The notes: generated by a model not told the origin, from the letters alone. DNA of 64,000 nucleotides from an uncultured delta proteobacterium (GCA_963769935.1 CAVYNY010000013.1:192001-256000); one strand, 5' to 3'. Positions 38,217-48,698 are shown, counted from the first letter of the stretch. Program-made: numbers and translations.

Positions 38217-39194
38217 TTATAAATCTCCCTGTTGTGTCGTTTGCTCGTCACGGGGGTTCAACACCCCATCGAAAATAATTGCGACCAGTAATATGATTGC
38301 TTTGATGAGATTCTGAAAAAGTAATGAGATGCCTGCAATGGTCATGACGTTAAGCAAGATGCCAATCATGACTGCGCCGACAAGAACGTTGCGAACGCCG
38401 CCTTTGCCTCCGGACAGACCAATACCACCGATTACCGCCACGAGTACAATGTCATAAAGAAGGTTGGAATTTACCACCCTGGTGTTGATCGATTGTAAGC
38501 TCGCGGCAGTTAACAACCCGGCGATGAAAGAAACTAAGGCTGACAGCACATATTGCAGGACCACCATTGGGCGCACCGGAATGCCGGCGATTCGGGCCGC
38601 AACCGGGTTTTCTCCGATGAAATAAACATAACGTCCCCATTTGGTAAATCGCAAAAAGAGAAAGCAAACGAAACACAGAGCGGCAAAGATAAAAATGTCC
38701 GCTGGAATAGTGGCGGCGCGAAATTGTCCCAGCAACTCAAGCCAGTGGCCGGACGGCACTGGCACCGCATCCATCGAGATGAGATGCGAGCGTGCGTATC
38801 CAAACACGAAAAGGCCGCTGGCAAGCGTTACAAAGATCGCCGGTACATCTGCGTAGGCCGCCAGAAATCCATTCAGCACTCCGACGGCAAGGACACCAAG
38901 AATAACCAGCGTAAACGCCATCTGATTACTATGGCCCAGGCCAAGCAGCTGAAGATACCAGGCGGTGGACATGACCATAATAGCAACCATCGACAGATCG
39001 ATCCCCCTGCCGATAATAACGATTCCCATACCTAACGCGAGAATTCCGAGAACTGAAACGGACCGGACAATCAAAATAAGGTTGGCGGAACGCAAAAAAC
39101 CCGGCAGACCAACCGAAGCCGCGATAAAGATCAGTGCCGCAATAACAAAAACAATTCGTTCCTGATTCAAATTTTTCAAGCCCACCTTGCTCAC
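38217..39194 (-). CDS. Sugar ABC transporter permease (RbsC-type)
   Basis: GRGIDLS, IGENPVAARIAGI, VIGGIGLSGGKG. Confidence 0.93.
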   Translation of the reverse strand: MSKVGLKNLNQERIVFVIAALIFIAASVGLPGFLRSANLILIVRSVSVLGILALGMGIVIIGRGIDLSMVAIMVMSTAWYLQLLGLGHSNQMAFTLVILGVLAVGVLNGFLAAYADVPAIFVTLASGLFVFGYARSHLISMDAVPVPSGHWLELLGQFRAATIPADIFIFAALCFVCFLFLRFTKWGRYVYFIGENPVAARIAGIPVRPMVVLQYVLSALVSFIAGLLTAASLQSINTRVVNSNLLYDIVLVAVIGGIGLSGGKGGVRNVLVGAVMIGILLNVMTIAGISLLFQNLIKAIILLVAIIFDGVLNPRDEQTTQQGDL

Positions 39195-39603
39195 ATGCTC
39201 TCCCTCTTTTCATCCCTTAAAATCGGTAGGGCGTTTGCCCTATTTCCCGCACCTTTGTACCGCTTTGCTGCACATTACACACAGACCGTTAAAATCAGTC
39301 TACCTTTTCATATATGCACCAGTGGTTCCGGCTTGGTATTTTGCGAGATTGAGGAGCTATAGGAGAATTTACTTCGCAGGTCAATAAAAAATCACACTCA
39401 TGATTATTCACTCGGTTTCAATCAATAGACAGGTTCAACGTTGCCGACTACACGGGAAGGGGGGAGTTAAAATCCTCGGGCCTCAAACAAATTTTAAAAT
39501 GATATCATTAGGTTAATTTGGCACCCCAAACGAATTGTGCCCGTAATCGTGAGCTCTAAAACAAAAAAAGCACCTCCGAAATATTCGTAAGTGCCTGAAA
39601 TGA

Positions 39604-39656
39604 TGGTGCCGAGGGACAGTATCGAACTGCCGACACGGAGATTTTCAGTCCCCGGC
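39604..39656 (-). repeat. 3' remnant of tRNA-Phe, att-like copy 3
   Basis: Matches 30242-30294 with 3 substitutions; 5' part of the tRNA missing. Confidence 0.9.
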
Positions 39657-39677
39657 CCCTGCGCCAAACTCCTTACA

Positions 39678-40006
39678 CCTTATACCTTAAACCTAATCTG
39701 CATTACGCTCTGCTCTATGCCCGTCGTCTGTGCCGCGCAACTCGTACCCCGCTACCCGCACCCCGTATCCGAAAAAAATGACGATTGAATATTGACTAAT
39801 TATGGAAGTCGCACCCGCAGCGCAGGCGCTTGCGCCGCCTGTTGCTCAGTCTTTTGATCATTTTTTAAACAGATAGAATTCCTCCATTCGACATTCGTCA
39901 TTCGACATTCGTCAATCCGTTCGTTCCCGCAAACCCGCCCTACTCTTCTTTCACCACTGTCTGCAGCTTCAAGCCGTATTTTTCAATTTTGGAGTGCAGG
40001 GTGGGC
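39678..40006 (+). repeat. 329-bp direct repeat, copy B
   Basis: Offset 9369 bp from copy A; overlaps the 3' end of the intact NtrC-family gene. Confidence 0.95.
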
Positions 40007-41370
40007 CGTGAAAGACCGAGCAGCTTGGCTGCACGGGAGCGGTTGCCGTCGGTCAGGTTCAAGGCCTCACTGATCAGGATACTGGCGCATCGATCCAGCA
40101 TAGCTTCAAAGGTGCCGTTTGCTCCGCCTGCAGCCATGGCACTGCGCATCCAGTGCCGAATGACTTCTTCGGGGGTTTCGGCCTCGGATTTAGTGTTCGT
40201 CCGGGCGCCGCTGATAGCCTGGTTGATGTCATCGGGCTGGATCGGCGTCCCGCGGCTGAAAATGAGCGCCTTTTGAATGGTGTTGGCCAGCTCGCGCACA
40301 TTTCCCGGCCAGGGATTGTCTTCCAGGGCGGCCAGGGCCTGGGAGGTGATTCCGGGATTGTTCATTTCCATATCTTGCGAAAACCGGCGCAGAAAATAAT
40401 CCGTCAACAGGCAGATATCTTCCCGGCGGTCGCGCAGGGACGGCAGTGAGATGGTTACAACCTTGAGTCGATAGTAAAGATCCTCCCGGAAGCGTCCCTG
40501 CGCCAGGGCGACTTCCAGGTCGCGGTTGGTCGCGGCAATAATTCGCACATCAACGGGTATGGTAGCGCGCCCCCCGAGGCGCTCAATACTTTTTTCCTGC
40601 AGCAGGCGCAGTATCTTGGCCTGAATGCTGAACGGCATATCTCCGATTTCATCGAGAAACACGGTGCCGCCGTTGGCCTGTTCGATTTTACCGACCCGGC
40701 GATGGCTGGCTCCGGTGAAGGACCCTTTTTCATAGCCAAACAGTTCACTTTCGAGCAGATTTTCAGGAATGGCGACACAATTTATGATCAGAAATGGTTT
40801 GTCGGCGCGCAGACTGTACTGATAGATGGCCCGGGCCACCAGCTCCTTGCCGGTACCCGACTCTCCCCGGATCAGGACCGTTGCATCAGCGGTTGAAACC
40901 CGGCCGATGGCCTTGTACACATCCTGCATGAGTTTGCTGCGGCCGATGATGGCCTCCCGGGGCGCCTGATCCGGCTTTACATCCAATTCCACCGTAGAGC
41001 GCATGAACCGGCCGGCTTCCAGGGCCTGCTTAATCACCGCCAGCAGGGCGGGAATTTCAAAAGGCTTTAAGATATAGTCAAAGGCGCCCATCTTGGTGGC
41101 CTCAATGGCGGTTTCGGTGGTCCCGAAAGCGGTCATGATAATCACCGGCAGCTTGGGCTCCAGGACGTGGATGGCCTCAAAGGTTTTAAGTCCGTTCATA
41201 CCCGGCAGGCGCACATCAACGATAACCAGATCCGGCGACTGTTTTTTAACCAGCTCAAGACCGGCCTCGCCCGAGGCCGCACTCTGGGCCCGGTAACCCT
41301 CTTCCGCCAGGAGTTTGTGAAAACTTTTGCGCAGCTGGTCGTCATCGTCAATAATCAGTATCGTGCTCAT
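39940..41370 (-). CDS. Sigma54-dependent response regulator (NtrC family; start MSTILIIDDD)
   Basis: REC domain, GESGTGKE, GSFTGA, FLDEIGD, WPGNVRE, Fis-type HTH. Confidence 0.96.
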   Translation of the reverse strand: MSTILIIDDDDQLRKSFHKLLAEEGYRAQSAASGEAGLELVKKQSPDLVIVDVRLPGMNGLKTFEAIHVLEPKLPVIIMTAFGTTETAIEATKMGAFDYILKPFEIPALLAVIKQALEAGRFMRSTVELDVKPDQAPREAIIGRSKLMQDVYKAIGRVSTADATVLIRGESGTGKELVARAIYQYSLRADKPFLIINCVAIPENLLESELFGYEKGSFTGASHRRVGKIEQANGGTVFLDEIGDMPFSIQAKILRLLQEKSIERLGGRATIPVDVRIIAATNRDLEVALAQGRFREDLYYRLKVVTISLPSLRDRREDICLLTDYFLRRFSQDMEMNNPGITSQALAALEDNPWPGNVRELANTIQKALIFSRGTPIQPDDINQAISGARTNTKSEAETPEEVIRHWMRSAMAAGGANGTFEAMLDRCASILISEALNLTDGNRSRAAKLLGLSRPTLHSKIEKYGLKLQTVVKEE

Positions 41371-42838
41371 TGTTTGCTTCCTTGATGGGCAGAGAAATGA
41401 TGAATGTGGCCCCTTCATCGGGATTGGTTTCGATATTGATCAGGCCGCCATGCTCTTCCACGATCCGGACGGCAATGCTCAATCCCAAACCGGTTCCCTC
41501 CTCCTTGGTGGTGAAAAAAGGCTGCAAGACCTTATCACGAATTGAATCGGCAATTCCCGGCCCGTTGTCGCTCACCCGGATGACGGCCATCCGGCCGCCG
41601 GCAGGGTTCAGCACTTCTTTTTCCTGAATGACAATGGCACCGCCTCTTTCCATGGCTTCGCAGGCATTGACCACCAGATTGACCAGCACTTCTTTCAATT
41701 GTTCCGGGTCGGCATCGATTTCCGGCAGCGGCTGCGTGCGTTCGATCCTGACATCTACATCATAGGATTTCAGGCGGTGTTCCAGCAGTTGAATGGTCTG
41801 TTCAACAACCACGGAAGGACTGATGGACTGCATAATGAGCTTGGGGGGCCGTGAAAATTCGAGAAAGTTTTGTACGATGGTGTCGATACGCCGGATTTCT
41901 TCGGCGATCACGTCAAAATCTTCTTTCTGGGTATCCGTAAATTCCAGCGAGCGGCTCAGACTGAACAGACGCATCTTCACCGAAGTAAACGGGTTGCGGA
42001 TGCTGTGGGCCATTCCGGCGGCAAGTTTTCCCACCAGCGCCATTTTTTCGATCTGCAAAAGTGATTCGCGGCTTTTTTGCAGCTCGGACTGGGTCCGGTC
42101 GACATTCTGGAGCAACCCCCGCACGCTGCGGCTGAGGGCTGTAACTTCATCTTCGTCTTTCACGGGGCTCAGGGTTTTGTCCGCTTCGGCTGCCAGCCGG
42201 CGAACCGGACTTAAAATCTGATGCCCCAGAACAAATGCCAGCAGTGCGACCAGCAGCACGCCGATCATTACGGCTGCTACGGCAATGACCCTGAGTTTGG
42301 AGGCTTCGTCCTGGCTGTCCGATTTAACCTGCTTGATTTTATGCTCATGGATCTCCTTATACTGCTCACAGAGTTCAAGCACTGAAAAGAAGATATCGCG
42401 CACCTGGCGATGCAGTCGAATGCCTTCTTCACGGTTGCCCATCTGATAGAGTCCGATGACACGGTCCTTGATTTCAATGTAGCGCGCATATTCGGTTTTT
42501 ATCCGTCGCAGGACTTTTTCTTCCTCTTTGCTGCCGGCTAATGAGAGGGCATTTTTTAAGCTCTCTTTGAAGATCTGGCGATATTCGCCCAACTGCCGCA
42601 GCCATTCGGGATTGCCTTCGATAAAATAGTAGGAAAGAAATCCTTTCTGGTTGGCCAAGGCCATTTCAAGGGCCTCGGCTGTTTGAAAGGCCACCAGCTC
42701 TTTTTCGGTCACGGTGGTCAACAGGCGCTCCATTCGCAACGAATACCAGACGGTAACAAAACCGCCGGCCAGTGTAATAAACACCAGAGCTGCCAAGATT
42801 ATGTAAATACGTGCCCGCAGGTTGATTTTATGCCACAT
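41348..42838 (-). CDS. Membrane sensor histidine kinase (periplasmic four-helix sensor)
   Basis: Two TM helices, AHSIRNP, NLVVNA, DNGPG, GTGLGL. Confidence 0.95.
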   Translation of the reverse strand: MWHKINLRARIYIILAALVFITLAGGFVTVWYSLRMERLLTTVTEKELVAFQTAEALEMALANQKGFLSYYFIEGNPEWLRQLGEYRQIFKESLKNALSLAGSKEEEKVLRRIKTEYARYIEIKDRVIGLYQMGNREEGIRLHRQVRDIFFSVLELCEQYKEIHEHKIKQVKSDSQDEASKLRVIAVAAVMIGVLLVALLAFVLGHQILSPVRRLAAEADKTLSPVKDEDEVTALSRSVRGLLQNVDRTQSELQKSRESLLQIEKMALVGKLAAGMAHSIRNPFTSVKMRLFSLSRSLEFTDTQKEDFDVIAEEIRRIDTIVQNFLEFSRPPKLIMQSISPSVVVEQTIQLLEHRLKSYDVDVRIERTQPLPEIDADPEQLKEVLVNLVVNACEAMERGGAIVIQEKEVLNPAGGRMAVIRVSDNGPGIADSIRDKVLQPFFTTKEEGTGLGLSIAVRIVEEHGGLINIETNPDEGATFIISLPIKEANNEHDTDY

Positions 42839-42930
42839 TTTCAGTTAGTACGATCCATAACGATTTTTCGCAATGCCGTAGCCTTTCTCTTTTAGTGCAA
42901 GACTCAGATCTTTTGCAACCAATTTCAGGA

Positions 42931-43371
42931 TCAAAGATCGCCGCTGCGGCGCAAAAGCAATTTGGCTTCCGCTTTCCGGATGCGTTCCTCCTGTTCATCT
43001 TTTCTTTTGCGGGCAGATTCAAGTTTCATGGTTAATTCCTCGAAGCGGGCCGGTTTTAAAAGATAATCAAAGGCCCCCAGTTTCATACCATCTACGGCAC
43101 TTTCAGTGGTGCCGTGACCCGTCAGCATGATGACTTCCACCAGGGGAAATCGTTTTTTTATCTCCTTGAGGGTCGCAATGCCATCCATCCCCGGCATAAG
43201 GATATCCAGTATGACCACGTCAATCTCTTTTTTTTCCAGGATCTGGAGGCATTCCCGCCCGCTGTAGGCCGATGTGACCCGCTCGCCGATCTCCTCCAGG
43301 CGGAGACTGAGCATTTCGACAAAATCTTTTTCATCATCAACTATCATTACTCTGGTCGGTATTTTAATCAT
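42931..43371 (-). CDS. Single-domain response regulator
   Basis: IVDDE, LDILMPGMDG, LTGHG, KP. Confidence 0.95.
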   Translation of the reverse strand: MIKIPTRVMIVDDEKDFVEMLSLRLEEIGERVTSAYSGRECLQILEKKEIDVVILDILMPGMDGIATLKEIKKRFPLVEVIMLTGHGTTESAVDGMKLGAFDYLLKPARFEELTMKLESARKRKDEQEERIRKAEAKLLLRRSGDL

Positions 43372-44591
43372 AGCGATCTTTTCTCCTTATCATCTGAAGC
43401 TTTCAAATGGGATGAGATCTTGTCGATCCAGTCCTCAACAGGGCTGCCGATCAATCCGTCGATTTTTTTTTGGCCTTTCGGCAGCCGGATACTAAAACTG
43501 GCACCTTGGCCGATCTCGCTGTCGACCGTGACCGTGCCGCCCAGCTTGTCGATAATTCCGCGGGTGACAAAAAGCCCCAGGCCGGTCCCTTCCCCGGGGG
43601 GTTTGGTGCTGAAAAACGGCTCGAATATTCTGGCCAGGTTCTCCCGCGGAATGCCCGGTCCGTTGTCGCTGACCGTAATGGCCGCATGGTCGACCGAGTC
43701 TTCCAGCGCCAGGGTGATCACCCCTTCCGTGCCGACGGCATGGACCGCATTGGTCAGCAGATTAATCAAAGCCTGCCGTATCCCGTAAGGGTCGCTCCAG
43801 ACAGGGGCCGAAGCGGAGGCAAATTTACGAATGATCTTAATATTTCTTTTTTTGGTTTCATGTTCAAGAAATTGAAGGGTTTCATCGATTAACCCCGGCA
43901 AATCAACCTGCGATAATGACGAATCGGATTTTCTGACAAAGCTTAATAGCTGGTGGGTAATCCGTTTGGCTCTATCGACGCTTTTTTCCACCTTGCTCAG
44001 GGCCTTTTCGAAATCCTCCCGGCGGTGCATGCCTTTTAGCTCTTCTCGGGCGAGCAGTTGCTGCATCCAGCCCGTCGACTCGCTGATGATGGCCAACGGA
44101 TTGTTTATTTCGTGAGCCACACCGGCCGCCAGGGTCCCCAAAGAAGCCAGCCGTTCGGTGGCGACCATCTGCTGTTCAATCTTTTTGCGGTATTCGGCTT
44201 CTTTGTGCTCTGCCGCCAGCCGGAGAATCTTCTCGCGTGCCTGAGTTATTTTATTTACCAGTTGATCCAGCTCGATCGGTTTGGTCAGGTAGTCAAAGGC
44301 GCCGGATTTAATGCCTTCAACACCGCTGGCAGTCGTGGCGTGTCCGGTCAGCAGGATGACCTCGATGCCCGGAAATTTGCTTTTAATATTTTGCAGGACG
44401 TCGATCCCGCTCATACCCGGCATTTTGACGTCCAGCACAACGACATCGATTCTCTTTTCTCCAAGCAAAGCCAGACATTGATTGCCGTCGGCCGCCTGTT
44501 CGACGACAAATCCTCTTTTTGTCAGCCGTTTGGAGAGGGGTTGACGAAAGGAGTCTTCATCGTCGACCAGCAGCAGGTGTGTAAGTTCCAT
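43368..44591 (-). CDS. Hybrid REC-histidine kinase
   Basis: N-terminal REC domain, AHEINNP, NLLTNA, GTGLGL. Confidence 0.95.
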   Translation of the reverse strand: MELTHLLLVDDEDSFRQPLSKRLTKRGFVVEQAADGNQCLALLGEKRIDVVVLDVKMPGMSGIDVLQNIKSKFPGIEVILLTGHATTASGVEGIKSGAFDYLTKPIELDQLVNKITQAREKILRLAAEHKEAEYRKKIEQQMVATERLASLGTLAAGVAHEINNPLAIISESTGWMQQLLAREELKGMHRREDFEKALSKVEKSVDRAKRITHQLLSFVRKSDSSLSQVDLPGLIDETLQFLEHETKKRNIKIIRKFASASAPVWSDPYGIRQALINLLTNAVHAVGTEGVITLALEDSVDHAAITVSDNGPGIPRENLARIFEPFFSTKPPGEGTGLGLFVTRGIIDKLGGTVTVDSEIGQGASFSIRLPKGQKKIDGLIGSPVEDWIDKISSHLKASDDKEKRSL

Positions 44592-44624
44592 AGTTCCTCT
44601 AAAAGGGTTTCAGGTTTTGTCAGG

Positions 44625-44907
44625 TTGGTGGTTCAGGGTTCAAGGTCAAGGTAAAGGTTAAAGGTTAAGGGTAAAGGATAAAGGCAGAAGGCGCAGGGCA
44701 CAAGGGACTCAATGTATTAGCTTGGGATTCAGAGCTTCTAAGTTTCTCCATCTTCTCGTCTTCCCAGCCTCCCACCTTCTTACCTTCTCACCATCTTATC
44801 TTCTATCCTTCTTATCTTCTTACTCTCTCACCTTCCCCACTTCTCAACTTCCCAGTCTCCCCGCATCCCAGCTTCCGTCCTCTGTCCTCTGCCTTCTGGC
44901 CTCTGTC
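44625..44907. repeat. Degenerate 6-8-mer tandem repeat tracts (AAGGTT/AAAGGT, CTTCTCA/CTTCCCA, CCTCTGT)
   Basis: Strongly strand-biased periodic intergenic sequence. Confidence 0.75.
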
Positions 44908-46488
44908 TTAAATGAGTCCCAATATTTTCCACCAGACCGTTGCCACCAGAATCAGCAGGCCCACTAAAATCGGCGTGGCAACCGCGCCGACCTTGGTCAA
45001 ATCCGATGACTTGAAATACCGGTAACTATAAGCAATGGCATTCGGGGGACAGCCGATGACGAGCAGCATTGCAAAGGATGTCGCCATGCCCAGGCACAGG
45101 GCCAGCACGGTGGGATTTACTCCCTCCAGCTGGGCCATGGGAATGACGATCGGCAATATCAGGGCCGCCGCCGCCACATTGGCCATGGCATTGGTGACCA
45201 GGGCTCCGAATACGGCCACGCCCGCAAACAGCAGCAGCCAGCCGCCGCCCTGGACCAGCGGGAAGAAAAGGTGTGCAAAATAGTCGGCGGCGCCCGAATA
45301 CCCCATCGCCAGGCCCAGTGAGATGCCGCCCCCAAAGATAAACAGGGCCGTTCCCCACTCCAGATTGCTGTTGATATCTTCCCATTTCAGCACACTGAAG
45401 AGGATCAAGCCGGCCACTCCCAGCATGCCGGTAACCGAATAATCTATACCATGAATGCCTTTGGTTAGCCACAAAATGAATGTCAGCCCGATAATAATCA
45501 GCGTTCGCTTTTCCATCGAGCTCCAGGGTCCGATGGCCTCATCGAATTTCGGCAATTTATATTTCGGGTTCGGCCGGAAAATCAGATAGACAACCCCGAC
45601 CGCTGCCGGCACGGTAATCAGAGCCCCCGGCAAAGCATATTTGATCCAGTCAAAAAATGTAATTTCAAGCCCGGTAAATTCTTTCAGAAAAGCCGCCGCC
45701 ACCATGCAGCGCCCGCCGCCCACCAGCGTGCCCATACCCCCGGCCGAGCAGGCGAACGGCAGCGATATCATCATAAATTTAGCCGTATTGGAATTGGGTT
45801 CGATTCCCGCGGCCCTCATCAGCGGCAGCATGGTCACAATGCCGACGGCGCAGGCGGCGGCATCGTGCATGAAACAAGACGCATACCCCAGGCTGATGGT
45901 GATGATAAAGGTGAATTTGGTAATGCTGTTGCCGGCGCGGCGGACAATAAAATATCCCATCCGTTTGGTGATACCCACCTTGTCCAGCGAAATGGCAAAA
46001 ATCAGGCAGCACATGATAAATACAACCACCGGATGCATGTAAGGCGCCCAGGCCTCTTTAACGTCTCCGACGCCCATGACGACGATGAAGACCCCGATGC
46101 AGATAGCGGTGATTTCCAGCGGAATGGGTTCGGCGATGAAAAGAAAGACCAGCACGACAAGTATCGCCAGAAACCGCTTGGCTTTGGGCGACAGCCCGTC
46201 GACGTAGTCGATTTGAACCTTTTTTAAGTTTAGCTTACCGGCCAGATCTTGCAGGTATAAACCGGGAGTTGCAACGGAGGCCGACGGCCTGAGGGCTACG
46301 GTGTACGGCCCCGCCGCATTTTTCGGATTTTCGACAAGTTCAAAGTCATCTCCGATCTGCTGCAGTAAAATACGATCGGCATCGCCGCTTATTTTAAAGC
46401 GGGTACCTTCGGGCCGGGGAAGAAGCATAACGATAATCCCAAAAATAACCGCCAATCCGAGCAAAAACCATTTGGATTTGAACCACAT
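44908..46488 (-). CDS. DASS/SLC13 family Na+-coupled anion symporter
   Basis: EPIPLEIT, GGMGTLVGG, WGTALFIFGGGISLG, GCPPNAIAY; many TM segments. Confidence 0.9.
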   Translation of the reverse strand: MWFKSKWFLLGLAVIFGIIVMLLPRPEGTRFKISGDADRILLQQIGDDFELVENPKNAAGPYTVALRPSASVATPGLYLQDLAGKLNLKKVQIDYVDGLSPKAKRFLAILVVLVFLFIAEPIPLEITAICIGVFIVVMGVGDVKEAWAPYMHPVVVFIMCCLIFAISLDKVGITKRMGYFIVRRAGNSITKFTFIITISLGYASCFMHDAAACAVGIVTMLPLMRAAGIEPNSNTAKFMMISLPFACSAGGMGTLVGGGRCMVAAAFLKEFTGLEITFFDWIKYALPGALITVPAAVGVVYLIFRPNPKYKLPKFDEAIGPWSSMEKRTLIIIGLTFILWLTKGIHGIDYSVTGMLGVAGLILFSVLKWEDINSNLEWGTALFIFGGGISLGLAMGYSGAADYFAHLFFPLVQGGGWLLLFAGVAVFGALVTNAMANVAAAALILPIVIPMAQLEGVNPTVLALCLGMATSFAMLLVIGCPPNAIAYSYRYFKSSDLTKVGAVATPILVGLLILVATVWWKILGLI

Positions 46489-46510
46489 AATTTTCCCTTT
46501 CCTTTTTCAT

Positions 46511-46984
46511 TCACCTGTCGGTGGGTCGATTCAGAGCCGCTTGCGATTGCTGGTAGGCTTGCAGGATTTTCGGCAGCAACTCCTCAAGCTCACAGGGCTT
46601 GGTGAGGTAGTCATAGGCCCCGAGTGCGATGCCTTTTTTGGCTGCTTCGGCGGAGCCATGCCCGGTGAGCATGATCACTGCGAGTTTGGGGTCCATGATC
46701 CTTAAAATTTTAAGTACCTCAAGTCCGTTCATGTCTTCCATTTTCAGATCCAGGACGGCCACATCGAACTCCCGGCTGCGCAGCGTCTGGATGGCTTCGG
46801 AGCCGCTGTAAGCAGTTGTAACTTCAATATTGCGGCGGCTGATTCTCTTGGAGAGAATGTTCACAAAGCCCTCCTCATCGTCTACCAGCAGCAGACGAAT
46901 GCGCTCGGGGGAGACTTTTTGATCGGAAGTTGTCATATGCTGCAAAGCCGTAAATATTGGTTTGACGGCAATTTCATGCTTCAC
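46511..46984 (-). CDS. Single-domain response regulator
   Basis: LVDDE, LDLKMEDMNG, LTGHG, TKPC. Confidence 0.93.
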   Translation of the reverse strand: MKHEIAVKPIFTALQHMTTSDQKVSPERIRLLLVDDEEGFVNILSKRISRRNIEVTTAYSGSEAIQTLRSREFDVAVLDLKMEDMNGLEVLKILRIMDPKLAVIMLTGHGSAEAAKKGIALGAYDYLTKPCELEELLPKILQAYQQSQAALNRPTDR

Positions 46985-48698
46985 CCGTTTGTAAATCCGG
47001 GGCTGCCGGCAATGGAATGGATACGTAAAAAGTGGTGCCGACGTCCTCCGTACTTTTGCACTCCAGCTTGCCGTTCAGTTTATCGATGATCCCGTAGCAG
47101 ATCGACAGCCCCAGGCCGGTTCCCTTACCCACCGGTTTGGTGGTGAAAAAGGGATCGAATATGCGGTTGAGATCGGCGGCCGGGATCCCCTTGCCGGTAT
47201 CGGAAACTTCAACGACGATGTAATTGTTTTTTTGCCGCGAGGAGAGCTTTAAAACTCCGCCGATATTCTCCATTGCATCCAGGCCGTTGTTGATCAGGTT
47301 GAAAAAGACCTGCTGCATCTCGGAAGGTGAAATTTTCAGCGGCGGAAGATCTTCCTGAAGATCGATTTGGATTTCCACCTTACTGTATTTTGCTCTCTGG
47401 GCGGCGAGGGCCACCACATCCTCCAGCAACTCGTTCAGCACCACGTCGGAAACCGTGGCATCGGTCTTCCTGGCGAAACTAAGCAGTTTGTGAGTAATCT
47501 CCTTACAGCGTTTGCCCTGGGTTTGAATCTGGCGGATGGCTCTTTGGAGCTCCGGCAGATTTTGGCTCGACTGAAATTCTTCATCTTCCAGCAAATCTCC
47601 CATCCAGCCGGCTTCTTCCACCATGATGGCAACCGGGTTGTTGATTTCATGGGCCACGCCGGCCGCCAATTCACCGACGGAGGCCAGCTTGCCGGCCTCG
47701 ACGACTTTTTCGTTCATCATCAGTTTCTCTTCATCGGCTTTGGCAATTCGACTGACGATCACCCTGGAAAGCATAAACGCCATAAGGGTGATTGCCAGGG
47801 GGCCGAGCACCATCATGACGGTGGTTATGGTAAAGGTCTTGTTCAAATCGGCAAATGCTTCTTTTGCCCGCTGTTGATAAACCAGCAGCCATTCGCCGTT
47901 CTTCAAAAAACTGGCCACATAAATATTTTGATGGCTGGAACTGTCCGACTTGAGGACGGTGCGGATATCGTCCGGCGATACACCTGTTTCATCCATAAAT
48001 TCCGTGTAAATGGTTTGGCTGGGCAGGATCTTTAGCGACGGTTTTGTGATGGGAGTGGTCTGCAGCTCCCCCTGCCGGTTTAAAATAAATGCAAAGCCGG
48101 TCTGACCGACATGAATGCCTTCAACCATGGTATTGAAGGCCACAAAGTCGATGGTGGCCCTCAGGATCCAGGCGTTGTCCTGATAACTGTTGCGCACGGC
48201 GACGATAAAGTGCGGCAAGCCGCGCAGGCCCAAAAAGACATCACTGATAAAGTACTTGCGCTGCATGGCCTGGCGGAACCACTCGGCATCTGCATAATTG
48301 GCCTGTGCCAATTTAAACGGTCCGGCATAGGCGATCTGTTCGCCCCCGGCATTGATCACCCCCAGGTCCACGAAAACCGGGCCGTAGTCCTTTTGCATGG
48401 CCTCCAGTTTTTCCCTCAAAAACGACTCGCGGGCCAGCTGTTCAAAACCGAAGCTGCCGGCCACAAACTTTATCTCAGCCAGTTTTTCAATCAGAAAGCT
48501 GTCGATATTCTGGGTATGTTTATGCACCAGTTCCTGAAGATGGGCATAAACTTTCTCATGATATGAAGACCGGTACTGCAGGTAGATGGTGCTGCTGACC
48601 AGGACCAGCGGAATGATGGATACACTGACGATGGTCAGGATAATGTTCCGGTTGAGGGAACGGTAATATGGATTCGTCAAGCGCCTGTTTTTAGTCAT
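46974..48698 (-). CDS. Membrane sensor histidine kinase with Cache-like periplasmic domain
   Basis: Two TM helices, YFISDVFLG, AHEINNP, GTGLGL. Confidence 0.95.
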   Translation of the reverse strand: MTKNRRLTNPYYRSLNRNIILTIVSVSIIPLVLVSSTIYLQYRSSYHEKVYAHLQELVHKHTQNIDSFLIEKLAEIKFVAGSFGFEQLARESFLREKLEAMQKDYGPVFVDLGVINAGGEQIAYAGPFKLAQANYADAEWFRQAMQRKYFISDVFLGLRGLPHFIVAVRNSYQDNAWILRATIDFVAFNTMVEGIHVGQTGFAFILNRQGELQTTPITKPSLKILPSQTIYTEFMDETGVSPDDIRTVLKSDSSSHQNIYVASFLKNGEWLLVYQQRAKEAFADLNKTFTITTVMMVLGPLAITLMAFMLSRVIVSRIAKADEEKLMMNEKVVEAGKLASVGELAAGVAHEINNPVAIMVEEAGWMGDLLEDEEFQSSQNLPELQRAIRQIQTQGKRCKEITHKLLSFARKTDATVSDVVLNELLEDVVALAAQRAKYSKVEIQIDLQEDLPPLKISPSEMQQVFFNLINNGLDAMENIGGVLKLSSRQKNNYIVVEVSDTGKGIPAADLNRIFDPFFTTKPVGKGTGLGLSICYGIIDKLNGKLECKSTEDVGTTFYVSIPLPAAPDLQTGEA

